A stretch of DNA of 64,000 nucleotides from a phage: the NCBI GenBank assembly GCA_036436775.1, contig GCA_036436775.1_3676.1; one strand, written 5' to 3'. The first letter of the stretch is position 1, and each line of letters begins with the position of its first letter. The notes below the pieces were generated by a model, which saw only the letters and a list, made by a program, of their open reading frames with translations, searched no databases and was not told the origin of the DNA. This document shows, in pieces, positions 27,152 through 35,467 of the stretch. A program made the position numbers and the translations under genes.

Positions 27152-27430
27152 TTAGGCAATTGTCATTTTACATTCTTGAAATTTTAGCACAAGACGGTGA
27201 TTGTGTCTAGTGTCTAAAAAGGTTTTTTCAACCATCAGGCACACGGTATAACCGTCCATCTTGTTGACAACAAAATCTCCAGGGTGAGGGAGGATGTCCC
27301 CCGGATTGGGGAAACATAGTCCACTCAGAAAGGCATCGTCAGTGGTGGACTTAATAGATTTCCACACATTGTCTGCCTGAACATGTTCACCGACGTAATA
27401 TACATTACCACATGCCTTCATCATAGTCAA
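27152..27430 (-). CDS. hypothetical protein (92 aa)
   Basis: ORF in array. Confidence 0.45.
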   Translation of the reverse strand: MTMMKACGNVYYVGEHVQADNVWKSIKSTTDDAFLSGLCFPNPGDILPHPGDFVVNKMDGYTVCLMVEKTFLDTRHNHRLVLKFQECKMTIA

Positions 27431-28326
27431 ACCCTCGCATAAATTAAACTTGTATCAGTATACTTCTTTAATGGACAGATATCCGGCCCGTAGATGTAGT
27501 CATTGAACACCTCATCTATCCAAAGACTGCTCTTATACCCCATCATCTCCAAGACATCCATCTCTTCTTTAGTGAATTTATCACCGCTCTTGCAAGATGT
27601 CAATACCTCATTCTGTACTCTTGCTACCTCGAAGCGGTTATTGGCAATATCACTATTGGCGATCAAATACTCACCCAAAGGGTGTGCAGCATCAAAGATG
27701 CACAAAGGTCGGTTGACGTAATAGTCCCCGGGTGTGTAGAAATTATTCAGGTCCTTCACCAGAACATTCTTATCCGTCACCTCATTTATAACATCATGCA
27801 TACCGCACATCTTTATATGCTTGAGGATTCCATCTCCCATCACAAAATAAAAACTTGCTGAGATACCCTCGACATAGATCTTACTAGATCCGTTGTAGTT
27901 GTATTTTACGCGAATACTCACGGGGGTTTTTCCTGTCGCGTTAGCCATCATCCAAAGAAATGGCAGCTCATACTTCTCCTCTGAGGAAACAAAAGGTGAA
28001 GTTGCCAGAGATCGAAAACCTCCAGAGAAGTTGAAAGTTACAGAACCGCTCCGGCGGTATGATACTGCGTATTCTACTTTTATATCAACATATCCGTTGG
28101 AGTAAGTATGCCCTCCATTATCAAGGTATGTCCACTTATCAGACCCGGATACCAATCTACGCTCAATAACCTTCATCACTACAGGAATTAGCGGGTTGGT
28201 ACAAACCGCTTTTGAAGTAGCTTTAGCATCTAAAGCCTCGTAAATTGCAGAAAGGATGTCCCCAGCTGAAAGATTTGTTGTTATGTCCTGTTTCCACCGC
28301 GTACTAAAACTGTTAAGATTTGCCAT
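27427..28326 (-). CDS. hypothetical protein (299 aa), first gene of the leftward operon
   Basis: ATG at 28326 with AGGAG RBS, directly downstream of the minus-strand promoter. Confidence 0.55.
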   Translation of the reverse strand: MANLNSFSTRWKQDITTNLSAGDILSAIYEALDAKATSKAVCTNPLIPVVMKVIERRLVSGSDKWTYLDNGGHTYSNGYVDIKVEYAVSYRRSGSVTFNFSGGFRSLATSPFVSSEEKYELPFLWMMANATGKTPVSIRVKYNYNGSSKIYVEGISASFYFVMGDGILKHIKMCGMHDVINEVTDKNVLVKDLNNFYTPGDYYVNRPLCIFDAAHPLGEYLIANSDIANNRFEVARVQNEVLTSCKSGDKFTKEEMDVLEMMGYKSSLWIDEVFNDYIYGPDICPLKKYTDTSLIYARV

Positions 28327-28366
28327 GAGGGGGTGCTCCTATGTTAGTTTTATTTCTAATGGGTGC

Positions 28367-28395
28367 ACTATATCGGAGATTCAGAGTAAAGTCAA
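28367..28395 (-). promoter_or_regulatory. sigma70-like promoter, leftward member of divergent pair
   Basis: Minus strand reads TTGACT (28390-28395), 17 nt spacer, TATAGT (28367-28372). Confidence 0.5.
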
Positions 28396-28408
28396 CACGT
28401 TTTTGATG

Positions 28409-28437
28409 TTGACATCTATTGAAACAATTGATACGAT
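28409..28437 (+). promoter_or_regulatory. sigma70-like promoter, rightward member of divergent pair
   Basis: TTGACA (28409-28414), 17 nt spacer, TACGAT (28432-28437); -35 overlaps palindrome GTCAACA-N-TGTTGAC. Confidence 0.5.
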
Positions 28438-28468
28438 TTCTTCACTTACAGAGCACGAGAGACAACTC

Positions 28469-29446
28469 ATGAATCTTGAAAAATATTATACACCAGAAGA
28501 GTTAGAGCGCCTGCTCAAAAAATATAGACGCAAACAGAATAATGCACGGAAACGAGATATAGAGTTCGACCTGTCATGGGAAGAATACCTCCTATTTGGT
28601 AAAAAACTTTTAGGAGATGGAGTATGCGACTATACCCTTATACCTTTTGACATGCACACAGATGAAAACGGGCTGGGAAATCCTTTCTACCCATCTCTGG
28701 AGCGGATAGATGATGAAGGTCCTTATGCGGTTGATAACTGTTGTGTGGTGGGATTGAGATGCAACTCTCTAAAGGACTGTCTGGTAGATAAAAAGACTGC
28801 AGTCTCGATTAAAGACGAAACTGATCGAAAAATTGTCCAGCAGATGATGCTCCACCTGAGCGAAGAGCGTATGGAGAAATTGAAAGGTGATTATACTTTT
28901 GAAGATTTCATCTTGCAATATGGAACGGAAGAGGATAAACTAGCACTCTTTGACGAAGAAGAGGAGGAAGATATGCTACCGATGTCTAAAGTTACTTATC
29001 GTGCACCCAAGAAGCACATTTCCGACATTGTAAACGAGCCTATCACAGAAGAGATTGAAGAAATGACGCAACAGGTGCATGAAGAGGAAAAAGAGACTCA
29101 GTGGGTCGAAGAGGAGCTTACAGAAGAGGTTCCTGCACTACCTGATGATGTTGAGATTGCCAAAGCTTACACTTTCTATTGTCAAGCGTTCTACGATGTA
29201 GGTATGAAAGTTGATCTGTCGTTCAGCCAATTTAAGAGTTCGTATATTCGCAAATGCTGTGCTTTAACTGGTGAACGTCTTGGAGCTGGACTTAAACCCC
29301 TGTTGGTGACCGACTGGAATAAAGGTTTCACTAAAGGAAACTTTATGGTAGTATCTCCAATTATGGAGAAAGCTATGACAGATCTCATGAAGACCACCCG
29401 CATGACAATGACCGAGTTGGCAGGTATTTTCAAACACGTTAAATAA
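28469..29446 (+). CDS. HNH/His-Me-finger endonuclease-like domain fused in frame to a C-terminal domain that begins MSKVTYRA
   Basis: SLERIDDEGPYAVDNCCVVGLRCNSLK resembles the (S/L)DRID..GY..N...C..CN..K signature of phage HNH-type endonucleases; start moved to ATG 28469 downstream of the promoter; internal ATG 28982 with RBS GAGGAGGA lies in the 27 bp repeat. Confidence 0.4.
   Translation: MNLEKYYTPEELERLLKKYRRKQNNARKRDIEFDLSWEEYLLFGKKLLGDGVCDYTLIPFDMHTDENGLGNPFYPSLERIDDEGPYAVDNCCVVGLRCNSLKDCLVDKKTAVSIKDETDRKIVQQMMLHLSEERMEKLKGDYTFEDFILQYGTEEDKLALFDEEEEEDMLPMSKVTYRAPKKHISDIVNEPITEEIEEMTQQVHEEEKETQWVEEELTEEVPALPDDVEIAKAYTFYCQAFYDVGMKVDLSFSQFKSSYIRKCCALTGERLGAGLKPLLVTDWNKGFTKGNFMVVSPIMEKAMTDLMKTTRMTMTELAGIFKHVK
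28979..29005. repeat. 27 bp perfect inverted repeat, right copy
   Basis: CCGATGTCTAAAGTTACTTATCGTGCA, identical to the reverse complement of 27115-27141. Confidence 0.85.
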
Positions 29447-29450
29447 TGAC

Positions 29451-29467
29451 AGGGGCCAATGGCCCCT
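29451..29467 (+). promoter_or_regulatory. intergenic hairpin between the HNH-like ORF and the VWA gene (attenuator or RNA structure)
   Basis: AGGGGCC-AAT-GGCCCCT with no clear U-tract; overlaps the ORF-track ATG at 29459. Confidence 0.3.
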
Positions 29468-29479
29468 TCTGGAGTTTTA

Positions 29480-30940
29480 ATGGATAGCAGAAGTTCAGAA
29501 ATCATTGCCTCACAGAAAGATGATGCCTTGAGAATGTTGCAGGCTGCACGTATGTATCTCCTTGAAAAGCTGCCGTTTTATGGCACACTACTGTCAGGGT
29601 TGCAGTTCGTAGAAAACCACACATGGTGCTCCACCATGGCAACCGACCATAAACGCATCTATTACAGTCCTGAGTTCATTATGGGATTGGCTGATGAACG
29701 CAAGGCTATTCTTAAGGCTTCTCTGACTGACGAGCAGTTTGAGATGGCTGAAGTTTTCTATTCCCCAAAATCTGTGAAAGAGGTGGCCTTCCTTCTGTCA
29801 CATGAGGTGGGGCATATTATCTGTGATCACCTAGTCCGTGGTAAAAGCTTTGAGCCGGAACTGTTCAATATTGCTTGTGATCACGTTATCAACACAGGTC
29901 TTGTGGTTGACTTTAGCAAGCCTCCTTGTGTTTTCTTCCCGAAGGGGAAAAGCACTACGTTCGTGAAAGGTAAACCTTTTGGCTTCTTAGCCAGCTGCTA
30001 CTGCGATATGAAGTTTCATGGATGGATTGCTGAGAACGTTTATGCAGTTCTTGATAAGCAAAGAGATCAGAATAACGGTAAAAGTAAGAACGGTAAAGGT
30101 GAGAACTCTCAAGGGGATAAGCGACAAACAGATGATCACATGAGTGGGAACGGTGGCACCAGTGATGATCTTGGAAAAGCTATGGGGTATGATCAGCCAC
30201 AACCTGTAATCAGCCAATCTGATAAAGATCAGGCCATGCAGGACTCTGGTGATATGCTGGAGGCAGCAATGCAAGCGTCCGGAGGCCGTTGCCCTGAGGC
30301 GGTGCGTGAGTTTGTCAAGAACAGAGGTAAGCCTGTAATCAACTATATAGACATCATTAAGCAACGCATGTTGTCTAAACGAAAGGCTGAACTGACCTAC
30401 AGAAAACCTGGTCGCCGATCTGGGTCTTTGACCAGCACAATGCGAAAAGTTGGGGCTATAAACAAGAACCAGCACGTTATTGTTCCTGGTCGTAATCCGG
30501 AAAACACTATAGATATTGTGGTGGCTTTAGACGTTTCTGGCTCGATCTCTCAAAGAACTTTAAAGAAAATGTTCAATGAAATCACCGGATTGTGCAATCT
30601 GTATAAAGAGTTTAAGGTTACAATGTTCTGTTGGTCAACTGAGGTTGGAGAGGTTAAAGTATACACTCGCGGCAACATAGACGAGATGATTAACTATGAG
30701 GTCCACTCAACATGGGGCACAACAGCTGCTTGCGTGTTCGAGTATCTGGATGCCAACATACCGAATGCAAAAGATGTCATCGTCCTGACCGACCTATACT
30801 TTGAGCATAACTTTGAACAAAAGGCTGTTGACAACAAGTGGAAAAAGTACGATACTTTATGGGTTCTCACTGAAGGGTATAATAAAAATTATATCCCGAG
30901 CTTTGGGAAAACTGTGGAATTAATCGAGTACGCTAAGTAA
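29480..30940 (+). CDS. HExxH metallopeptidase-like + von Willebrand factor A (VWA) domain protein
   Basis: LLSHEVGHIICDHL (HExxH) in the N-terminal half; MIDAS-type VVALDVSGSIS in the C-terminal half; start moved to ATG 29480 (RBS GGAG). Confidence 0.55.
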   Translation: MDSRSSEIIASQKDDALRMLQAARMYLLEKLPFYGTLLSGLQFVENHTWCSTMATDHKRIYYSPEFIMGLADERKAILKASLTDEQFEMAEVFYSPKSVKEVAFLLSHEVGHIICDHLVRGKSFEPELFNIACDHVINTGLVVDFSKPPCVFFPKGKSTTFVKGKPFGFLASCYCDMKFHGWIAENVYAVLDKQRDQNNGKSKNGKGENSQGDKRQTDDHMSGNGGTSDDLGKAMGYDQPQPVISQSDKDQAMQDSGDMLEAAMQASGGRCPEAVREFVKNRGKPVINYIDIIKQRMLSKRKAELTYRKPGRRSGSLTSTMRKVGAINKNQHVIVPGRNPENTIDIVVALDVSGSISQRTLKKMFNEITGLCNLYKEFKVTMFCWSTEVGEVKVYTRGNIDEMINYEVHSTWGTTAACVFEYLDANIPNAKDVIVLTDLYFEHNFEQKAVDNKWKKYDTLWVLTEGYNKNYIPSFGKTVELIEYAK

Positions 30941-30955
30941 GAGAGGAGGTTATTT

Positions 30956-31219
30956 ATGGCAACAGAGTTAAAATTTGCATCAAACCGTAAAACTAAGAAG
31001 TATCTGTCCTCAGTGGCTCCAGGCACTGTGGTGATGTTTATTGATGAACTTGGGGATGTGAATACAGCACTTGTTGTAAAATCACATCCTGCAAACATAT
31101 ATGTTGGGGTATTTGACCTGTTCAGAAAGGTGTTTGTAGAACTACCTCACAGTTTGGTTGTTACAGAAATGGATGCCTGCATAGAAATTCTTGGCGAAGT
31201 TATGGTGGAGGAACAATAA
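30956..31219 (+). CDS. small protein, tandem paralog 1 of 4 (87 aa)
   Basis: MATELKFASNRKTKK...PGTVV...; RBS GAGGAGG; head-to-tail with the next three genes. Confidence 0.55.
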   Translation: MATELKFASNRKTKKYLSSVAPGTVVMFIDELGDVNTALVVKSHPANIYVGVFDLFRKVFVELPHSLVVTEMDACIEILGEVMVEEQ

Positions 31220-31482
31220 TGGCTACTAGCATTGTATTCAATTCTAAGGTGAAGAACAAAAAGCGTGCAGACAGTTTTCCGTGTGGGACCGTGGTAAGTT
31301 GCGACGGAGACGGCATTCAAAACATAGTTATGATTGTCAAAACAGGAGAACATTGTGTGTGGGGGTTCGATTTAGAAAATAATGAGTTGTACGATCTGCC
31401 GCCAAACATGAAAGTTACAGAGCTTGACACCAAAATTACCATCCTTGGAGAGACAAGCTATTCAAAAGAAGGAGGAGAATAA
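31219..31482 (+). CDS. small protein, tandem paralog 2 of 4 (87 aa)
   Basis: MATSIVFNSKVKNKK...CGTVV...; coupled start. Confidence 0.55.
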   Translation: MATSIVFNSKVKNKKRADSFPCGTVVSCDGDGIQNIVMIVKTGEHCVWGFDLENNELYDLPPNMKVTELDTKITILGETSYSKEGGE

Positions 31483-31745
31483 TGACCACAAAAATCACTA
31501 TCGCAGAGCCGAAAGCTAACACTCAGCCTATCGAAAAGTTTAAGTGCGGTGAGGTGGTAACATTCACACCAGATAATGAAGATGCTAAGATTTTCGCAAT
31601 GGTCACAGCTGAGTGGATGTGTGACAACACCACACAAGTACTACGTTTCGATACCTACCTCACAGATGAGATCCGAAACGATAAGATCGTGACAGGTGTG
31701 GACACTGAAATTATTTTCTACAAGAGCTTTTTAGAGGGTTTCTGA
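31482..31745 (+). CDS. small protein, tandem paralog 3 of 4 (87 aa)
   Basis: MTTKITIAEPK...CGEVV...; same length and pattern. Confidence 0.5.
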   Translation: MTTKITIAEPKANTQPIEKFKCGEVVTFTPDNEDAKIFAMVTAEWMCDNTTQVLRFDTYLTDEIRNDKIVTGVDTEIIFYKSFLEGF

Positions 31746-31746
31746 T

Positions 31747-31980
31747 ATGGCAAAAATTCGTAAATTATCCAGCAATCAGGTTGTGAAAGACTTTGAATCT
31801 GGAGAGATTCTGTATGTTCGTGATGCAGATGACGAAGGTGAAGATCTTGTTATGTTGGTGGGGCACGCTGAGGACGGATGCATCCAAGCTGTTTTTCTTG
31901 AAACAGCTATGGTGCACTGGATAGAGCTGGACTTGAAAGCACGAAAACCTAAAGCAGAAATCCTGATCTACGAAGACTAG
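31747..31980 (+). CDS. small protein, tandem paralog 4 of 4 (77 aa, more diverged)
   Basis: MAKIRKLSSNQ...SGEIL...; same array. Confidence 0.45.
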   Translation: MAKIRKLSSNQVVKDFESGEILYVRDADDEGEDLVMLVGHAEDGCIQAVFLETAMVHWIELDLKARKPKAEILIYED

Positions 31981-31998
31981 TAACTAAAGGAGAGAGCC

Positions 31999-32448
31999 GT
32001 GTTGAGCAAGCGTGAATGCGACAGCATTAGCCTGAATTCTTATAAGAAACAATGGTTTGGGGTAGAAGTTTGCCGACTGCGGCTAGGCTCCTACCTGAAC
32101 TTCGTTTATTATGAGAGCGATAGTCGTATCGTTTCTTATGAAGTGTTCTACACTAAGAACACCTTCGAACTGCGCCGTAAAGTGGATGGTGGGAGAACTA
32201 CCCCCCAGAATAATTGGGAAACTATCCTACCTACAGATGTCATAGGAAGTCCCCTGAATGTATCTGAAGATGAAAATCTTATGGTTCATGCCATGATGGG
32301 ACTTGACAGCTTAGAGCTGGCGATCTATGATATGTCCATCGAGGCAGTTAAGCTAGACTACATCGAAAACACTTTAGAGGAAGGTATCAAGAGGTTTCTC
32401 AGTGAGAAATTAAAAGATCACTTTCATAAGGAGCTATACCTGCTATGA
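31999..32448 (+). CDS. hypothetical protein (149 aa)
   Basis: GTG start with RBS AAGGAGAGAG. Confidence 0.5.
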   Translation: MLSKRECDSISLNSYKKQWFGVEVCRLRLGSYLNFVYYESDSRIVSYEVFYTKNTFELRRKVDGGRTTPQNNWETILPTDVIGSPLNVSEDENLMVHAMMGLDSLELAIYDMSIEAVKLDYIENTLEEGIKRFLSEKLKDHFHKELYLL

Positions 32449-32690
32449 AGACCCGTAAAGAACGTAACAAAATTTTACCTGGAGCTCTCGAACACCTGAT
32501 GAAGTGCAGGTCTATTTGGCACTCTGCCAAGGAAGGGCAGAAGGTGGTTGTGGTTAGTGACAATACCAACCCGTTTGGAGATTATACTACTATGATGGCT
32601 CCATATGTCCGTGATGGCGTTGTGGAAGTGGTCCCTTACAACGGTCTGCATGAACGGCACTTTGAAAGCACTTTGCTAGTGGAGCTATAG
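32445..32690 (+). CDS. hypothetical protein (81 aa)
   Basis: Coupled ORF. Confidence 0.45.
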   Translation: MKTRKERNKILPGALEHLMKCRSIWHSAKEGQKVVVVSDNTNPFGDYTTMMAPYVRDGVVEVVPYNGLHERHFESTLLVEL

Positions 32691-32692
32691 TC

Positions 32693-33259
32693 ATGGCGGT
32701 CAATGTGGCTTACAACACAGGAAAGCTTGACAGAGACATTGGGTGTCTTGTCCTTTCAGATACAGAAGAGTATTGGGGTTATGGGTTGCTGTCAGACCCA
32801 CACCCGAGCAACCTTGTATCAACAGTGCTATACCGCTACGACCCTGTGCCAACGGTACACGACAGAGACATTCACGACCTTCGGATCAAGTGTCTGGAAG
32901 ATCTGCTGAACAATGGTTGCAACGATCTTCGGGTAGCCAAAGAGAAGCTTACAAACATTCACAAAGAGGAAGTGATGAGCACCCTCAGTAAGAGATCAGT
33001 GCACAAAAAGATGATGCTGAACTTTGCAATGGGTATCTACATGGACGGGTATAAGGGAGGTGATCCGATCCTCAAACTTCGCTGCCCAACACTGTGGGAA
33101 AGGGTGGTTGACAGTAAGGACGGTACTGCCCTTCTTGAGCTCCACACTGCAGGTTGGATTTGGCGGTATGTAGACGGATACCCTCTGTGGGCATGTGGAC
33201 CTGGGGAATTTGTTGACAGACCTAGCGCGGTGGTGGACTTACTATTGCAGTTTGAATAA
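32693..33259 (+). CDS. hypothetical protein (188 aa)
   Basis: ORF in plus-strand operon. Confidence 0.5.
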   Translation: MAVNVAYNTGKLDRDIGCLVLSDTEEYWGYGLLSDPHPSNLVSTVLYRYDPVPTVHDRDIHDLRIKCLEDLLNNGCNDLRVAKEKLTNIHKEEVMSTLSKRSVHKKMMLNFAMGIYMDGYKGGDPILKLRCPTLWERVVDSKDGTALLELHTAGWIWRYVDGYPLWACGPGEFVDRPSAVVDLLLQFE

Positions 33260-33317
33260 AAAGATGAGCTGTAAGGTATTCATACCTTATATCAGCAATA
33301 CAACAGGAGAGACTGAG

Positions 33318-33593
33318 ATGACGAAAGAAGAAGCCGACGTATTAGATTTTGCACTAGAGGCTACGCAGGAGGCTTTGGTGTTAGCTTGGAAAATGAACCA
33401 GCGTGCTGCAGAATGCAACCGCCGCATCAATGAGATTCTAGGCATGTCTATGTATGATTTCACCATGCATGCTGGAGAGATCCCTGAATTAACTGCTGAG
33501 ATGAATGATCTTGACAATAAAATTAATATCATTCTGAAGACAGCAGAAACAACTCACCAAACCGCCCGTAAATTTATCAACGAGAAGGTGTGA
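33318..33593 (+). CDS. hypothetical protein (91 aa; start moved to ATG 33318)
   Basis: RBS CAGGAGAGA before ATG; the ORF-track start would overlap the upstream gene. Confidence 0.45.
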   Translation: MTKEEADVLDFALEATQEALVLAWKMNQRAAECNRRINEILGMSMYDFTMHAGEIPELTAEMNDLDNKINIILKTAETTHQTARKFINEKV

Positions 33594-33595
33594 AT

Positions 33596-34060
33596 ATGGA
33601 CTATAGCTATTGCGGGGAAGAAGTTCCTTTTAACTGCAGCAATCTTACCACAAGCAATCCATACGAGACTCGCCACGGCACACACATCATTGCCATTGAC
33701 TTTGATGGAACGTTTAATGCGAGTCCGTTCATCTTCTCCCGTCTGATTAGGGACCTGAAGAAGGAGAGGTGGACAGTCTACCTTGTGACTTCTCGATTCA
33801 TCACTCAAGACAATGTAGACATTGAGTATTGGCGCAAGGAGCTCGATGTTGGTATGTTTTATACTAGAGGTGTTCAGAAGGCAGCCTATCTGGCGCAGTT
33901 TGATATCTACCCAGATATTTGGATTGATGATTCTCCGGAATGTATTCCGGCTAAGAATCAGTTAGAGTTTGCAATGAAGGAGATTGAGTATAAGTCTAAG
34001 GCTAAGCGGAACGGATGGCCCTTTATTATTGAAGATTACCCAGATCCTGAACCGGAGTAA
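33596..34060 (+). CDS. HAD-superfamily phosphatase or nucleotidase-like protein
   Basis: HAD motif I IIAIDFDGTF and motif IV-like IWIDDSPE. Confidence 0.5.
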   Translation: MDYSYCGEEVPFNCSNLTTSNPYETRHGTHIIAIDFDGTFNASPFIFSRLIRDLKKERWTVYLVTSRFITQDNVDIEYWRKELDVGMFYTRGVQKAAYLAQFDIYPDIWIDDSPECIPAKNQLEFAMKEIEYKSKAKRNGWPFIIEDYPDPEPE

Positions 34061-34065
34061 GAGCT

Positions 34066-34236
34066 ATGAGGCGAAGATATCATTACCTGATGTGGAAGTT
34101 ATATCATGGTGCTGCTAAAGCTTACCGTACCGTGTTTAGTAATGACAATCACTGCATTATGTTACACCTTACCGCCATTGAACATCACAATGAGTGGATT
34201 CGTGCAATCGTAATAGGTGACAAAGATTTTAAGTAA
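34066..34236 (+). CDS. possible small protein (56 aa), below ORF-track cutoff
   Basis: ATG with GGAG 8 nt upstream, fills an intergenic gap. Confidence 0.25.
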   Translation: MRRRYHYLMWKLYHGAAKAYRTVFSNDNHCIMLHLTAIEHHNEWIRAIVIGDKDFK

Positions 34237-34266
34237 AGTATTGCTTTCTAGATGGAGACTGATTAA

Positions 34267-34647
34267 ATGTGCAAGTGTAAATCCTACAATTGGAAAGTGA
34301 AAGGTGCCAAGCACCAGAATGTTATCGTTGATGTGCCTAAAAAGCTCCGTGACGGCAAAAACAAAGTATGCCTGGACAAGTGCATGGCTAAGCCGATCAT
34401 GAGCCTGTGGGCTGCAGGGTTGAAGACTCTCAACTGCTGCTGTGGTCATAACAAGGATGTTCCGAGCATCATTATCCCAGAAGATGCAGATCCTAAGGCT
34501 TATGCCAAAATACTGACCCGATACCCTAGCACCTTCCTGATCGGAAAATGGTGTCACGATGAACTTCAATGGTGGATAGCCTATGGCAGTATAGGCACCA
34601 CTTTTGGCTTCCCAGCCTTGTCAGAGCGCTCTGTAAAGGTGTCATAA
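34267..34647 (+). CDS. Cys-rich hypothetical protein (126 aa)
   Basis: Multiple Cys clusters (CKCKS, NCCCGH). Confidence 0.5.
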   Translation: MCKCKSYNWKVKGAKHQNVIVDVPKKLRDGKNKVCLDKCMAKPIMSLWAAGLKTLNCCCGHNKDVPSIIIPEDADPKAYAKILTRYPSTFLIGKWCHDELQWWIAYGSIGTTFGFPALSERSVKVS

Positions 34648-34810
34648 TCAATTTTAAGGCCTCAAACGAGGCCTGTGCCTTCATAAATTGCCCTACCCTA
34701 TGTGATTGCCTTCCTGAAACAAACACCCTCTTAAATCGCTTAAAATTAAGCTTGACATCAACGCAGAATTTTTATATGATTATCCCACCAACCAAGCAGA
34801 GGAGACTGTC

Positions 34811-35218
34811 ATGGATAATCTTACAAATATAAAAGTCGAAATTGTTAAGCTAAAATTCTTAGGCTTTCGAGACCCCAGCTCTATAACAGCTATAATCATG
34901 GATACCCACTTTACAGCAGGCAAGGAATACACTGCCGTCCGTTATACTTGCGGGGATCATAAATCTGCCTACAGTGTTAATACAAACCTCGGTGAGGGAT
35001 ATTTTATCCGTGATATTACGGATCATTTGTGGGGAATGTGGGAGTTGGTGAAGGAAGAGGGTAACTCACTCCCCAAAGAGATTTGGGTGCATACCTTCCA
35101 CACAGGTAAGTTTGGAGGCACGGAACATAAATCTATTCACTACGATGAAGAAAGCGCCCTCAAGCAACAAGCTGTTCTTGGCGGGTCTGTAGAAAAATTT
35201 ATTAAATGCGAGGACTGA
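34811..35218 (+). CDS. hypothetical protein (135 aa)
   Basis: ORF in plus-strand operon. Confidence 0.5.
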   Translation: MDNLTNIKVEIVKLKFLGFRDPSSITAIIMDTHFTAGKEYTAVRYTCGDHKSAYSVNTNLGEGYFIRDITDHLWGMWELVKEEGNSLPKEIWVHTFHTGKFGGTEHKSIHYDEESALKQQAVLGGSVEKFIKCED

Positions 35219-35221
35219 TAA

Positions 35222-35422
35222 ATGGCTGATTTTTGTAAAGACTGTTCTGAAGAGTTGTTTGGTCACGATTGCGGAGATCTGGAAGGACTAATCACAGAAG
35301 ATCAGTGGAAGGAAGGTTATGCAGCACCTGTTATCTGCGAAGGTTGCGGCTATATCTACGTTGACCACAAAGGTAAACGCGTCCAGCCGTCTGAAGATGG
35401 GTCGTGTTGGGAATATTATTAA
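35222..35422 (+). CDS. small zinc-ribbon-like protein (66 aa)
   Basis: CKDC ... CEGCG pattern. Confidence 0.45.
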   Translation: MADFCKDCSEELFGHDCGDLEGLITEDQWKEGYAAPVICEGCGYIYVDHKGKRVQPSEDGSCWEYY

Positions 35423-35424
35423 TT

Positions 35425-35460
35425 ATAAAAGAAAGGGGCCGTTTGGCCCCTTTTTATTTA
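35425..35460. terminator. bidirectional rho-independent terminator between the convergent plus operon and tail operon
   Basis: AGGGGCCGTTTGGCCCCT flanked by an A-run upstream and TTTTTATTT downstream. Confidence 0.65.
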
Positions 35461-35467
35461 CCCTCCG

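Noticed and set aside
28256-28468. N-terminal 71 codons of ORF-track ORF 28256-29446
   Set aside because: Overlaps the oppositely oriented gene 27427-28326 and lies upstream of the plus-strand promoter; start moved to ATG 28469
29459-29479. ORF-track ATG at 29459 for the VWA gene
   Set aside because: That ATG is inside the intergenic hairpin and lacks an RBS; ATG 29480 has GGAG at correct spacing
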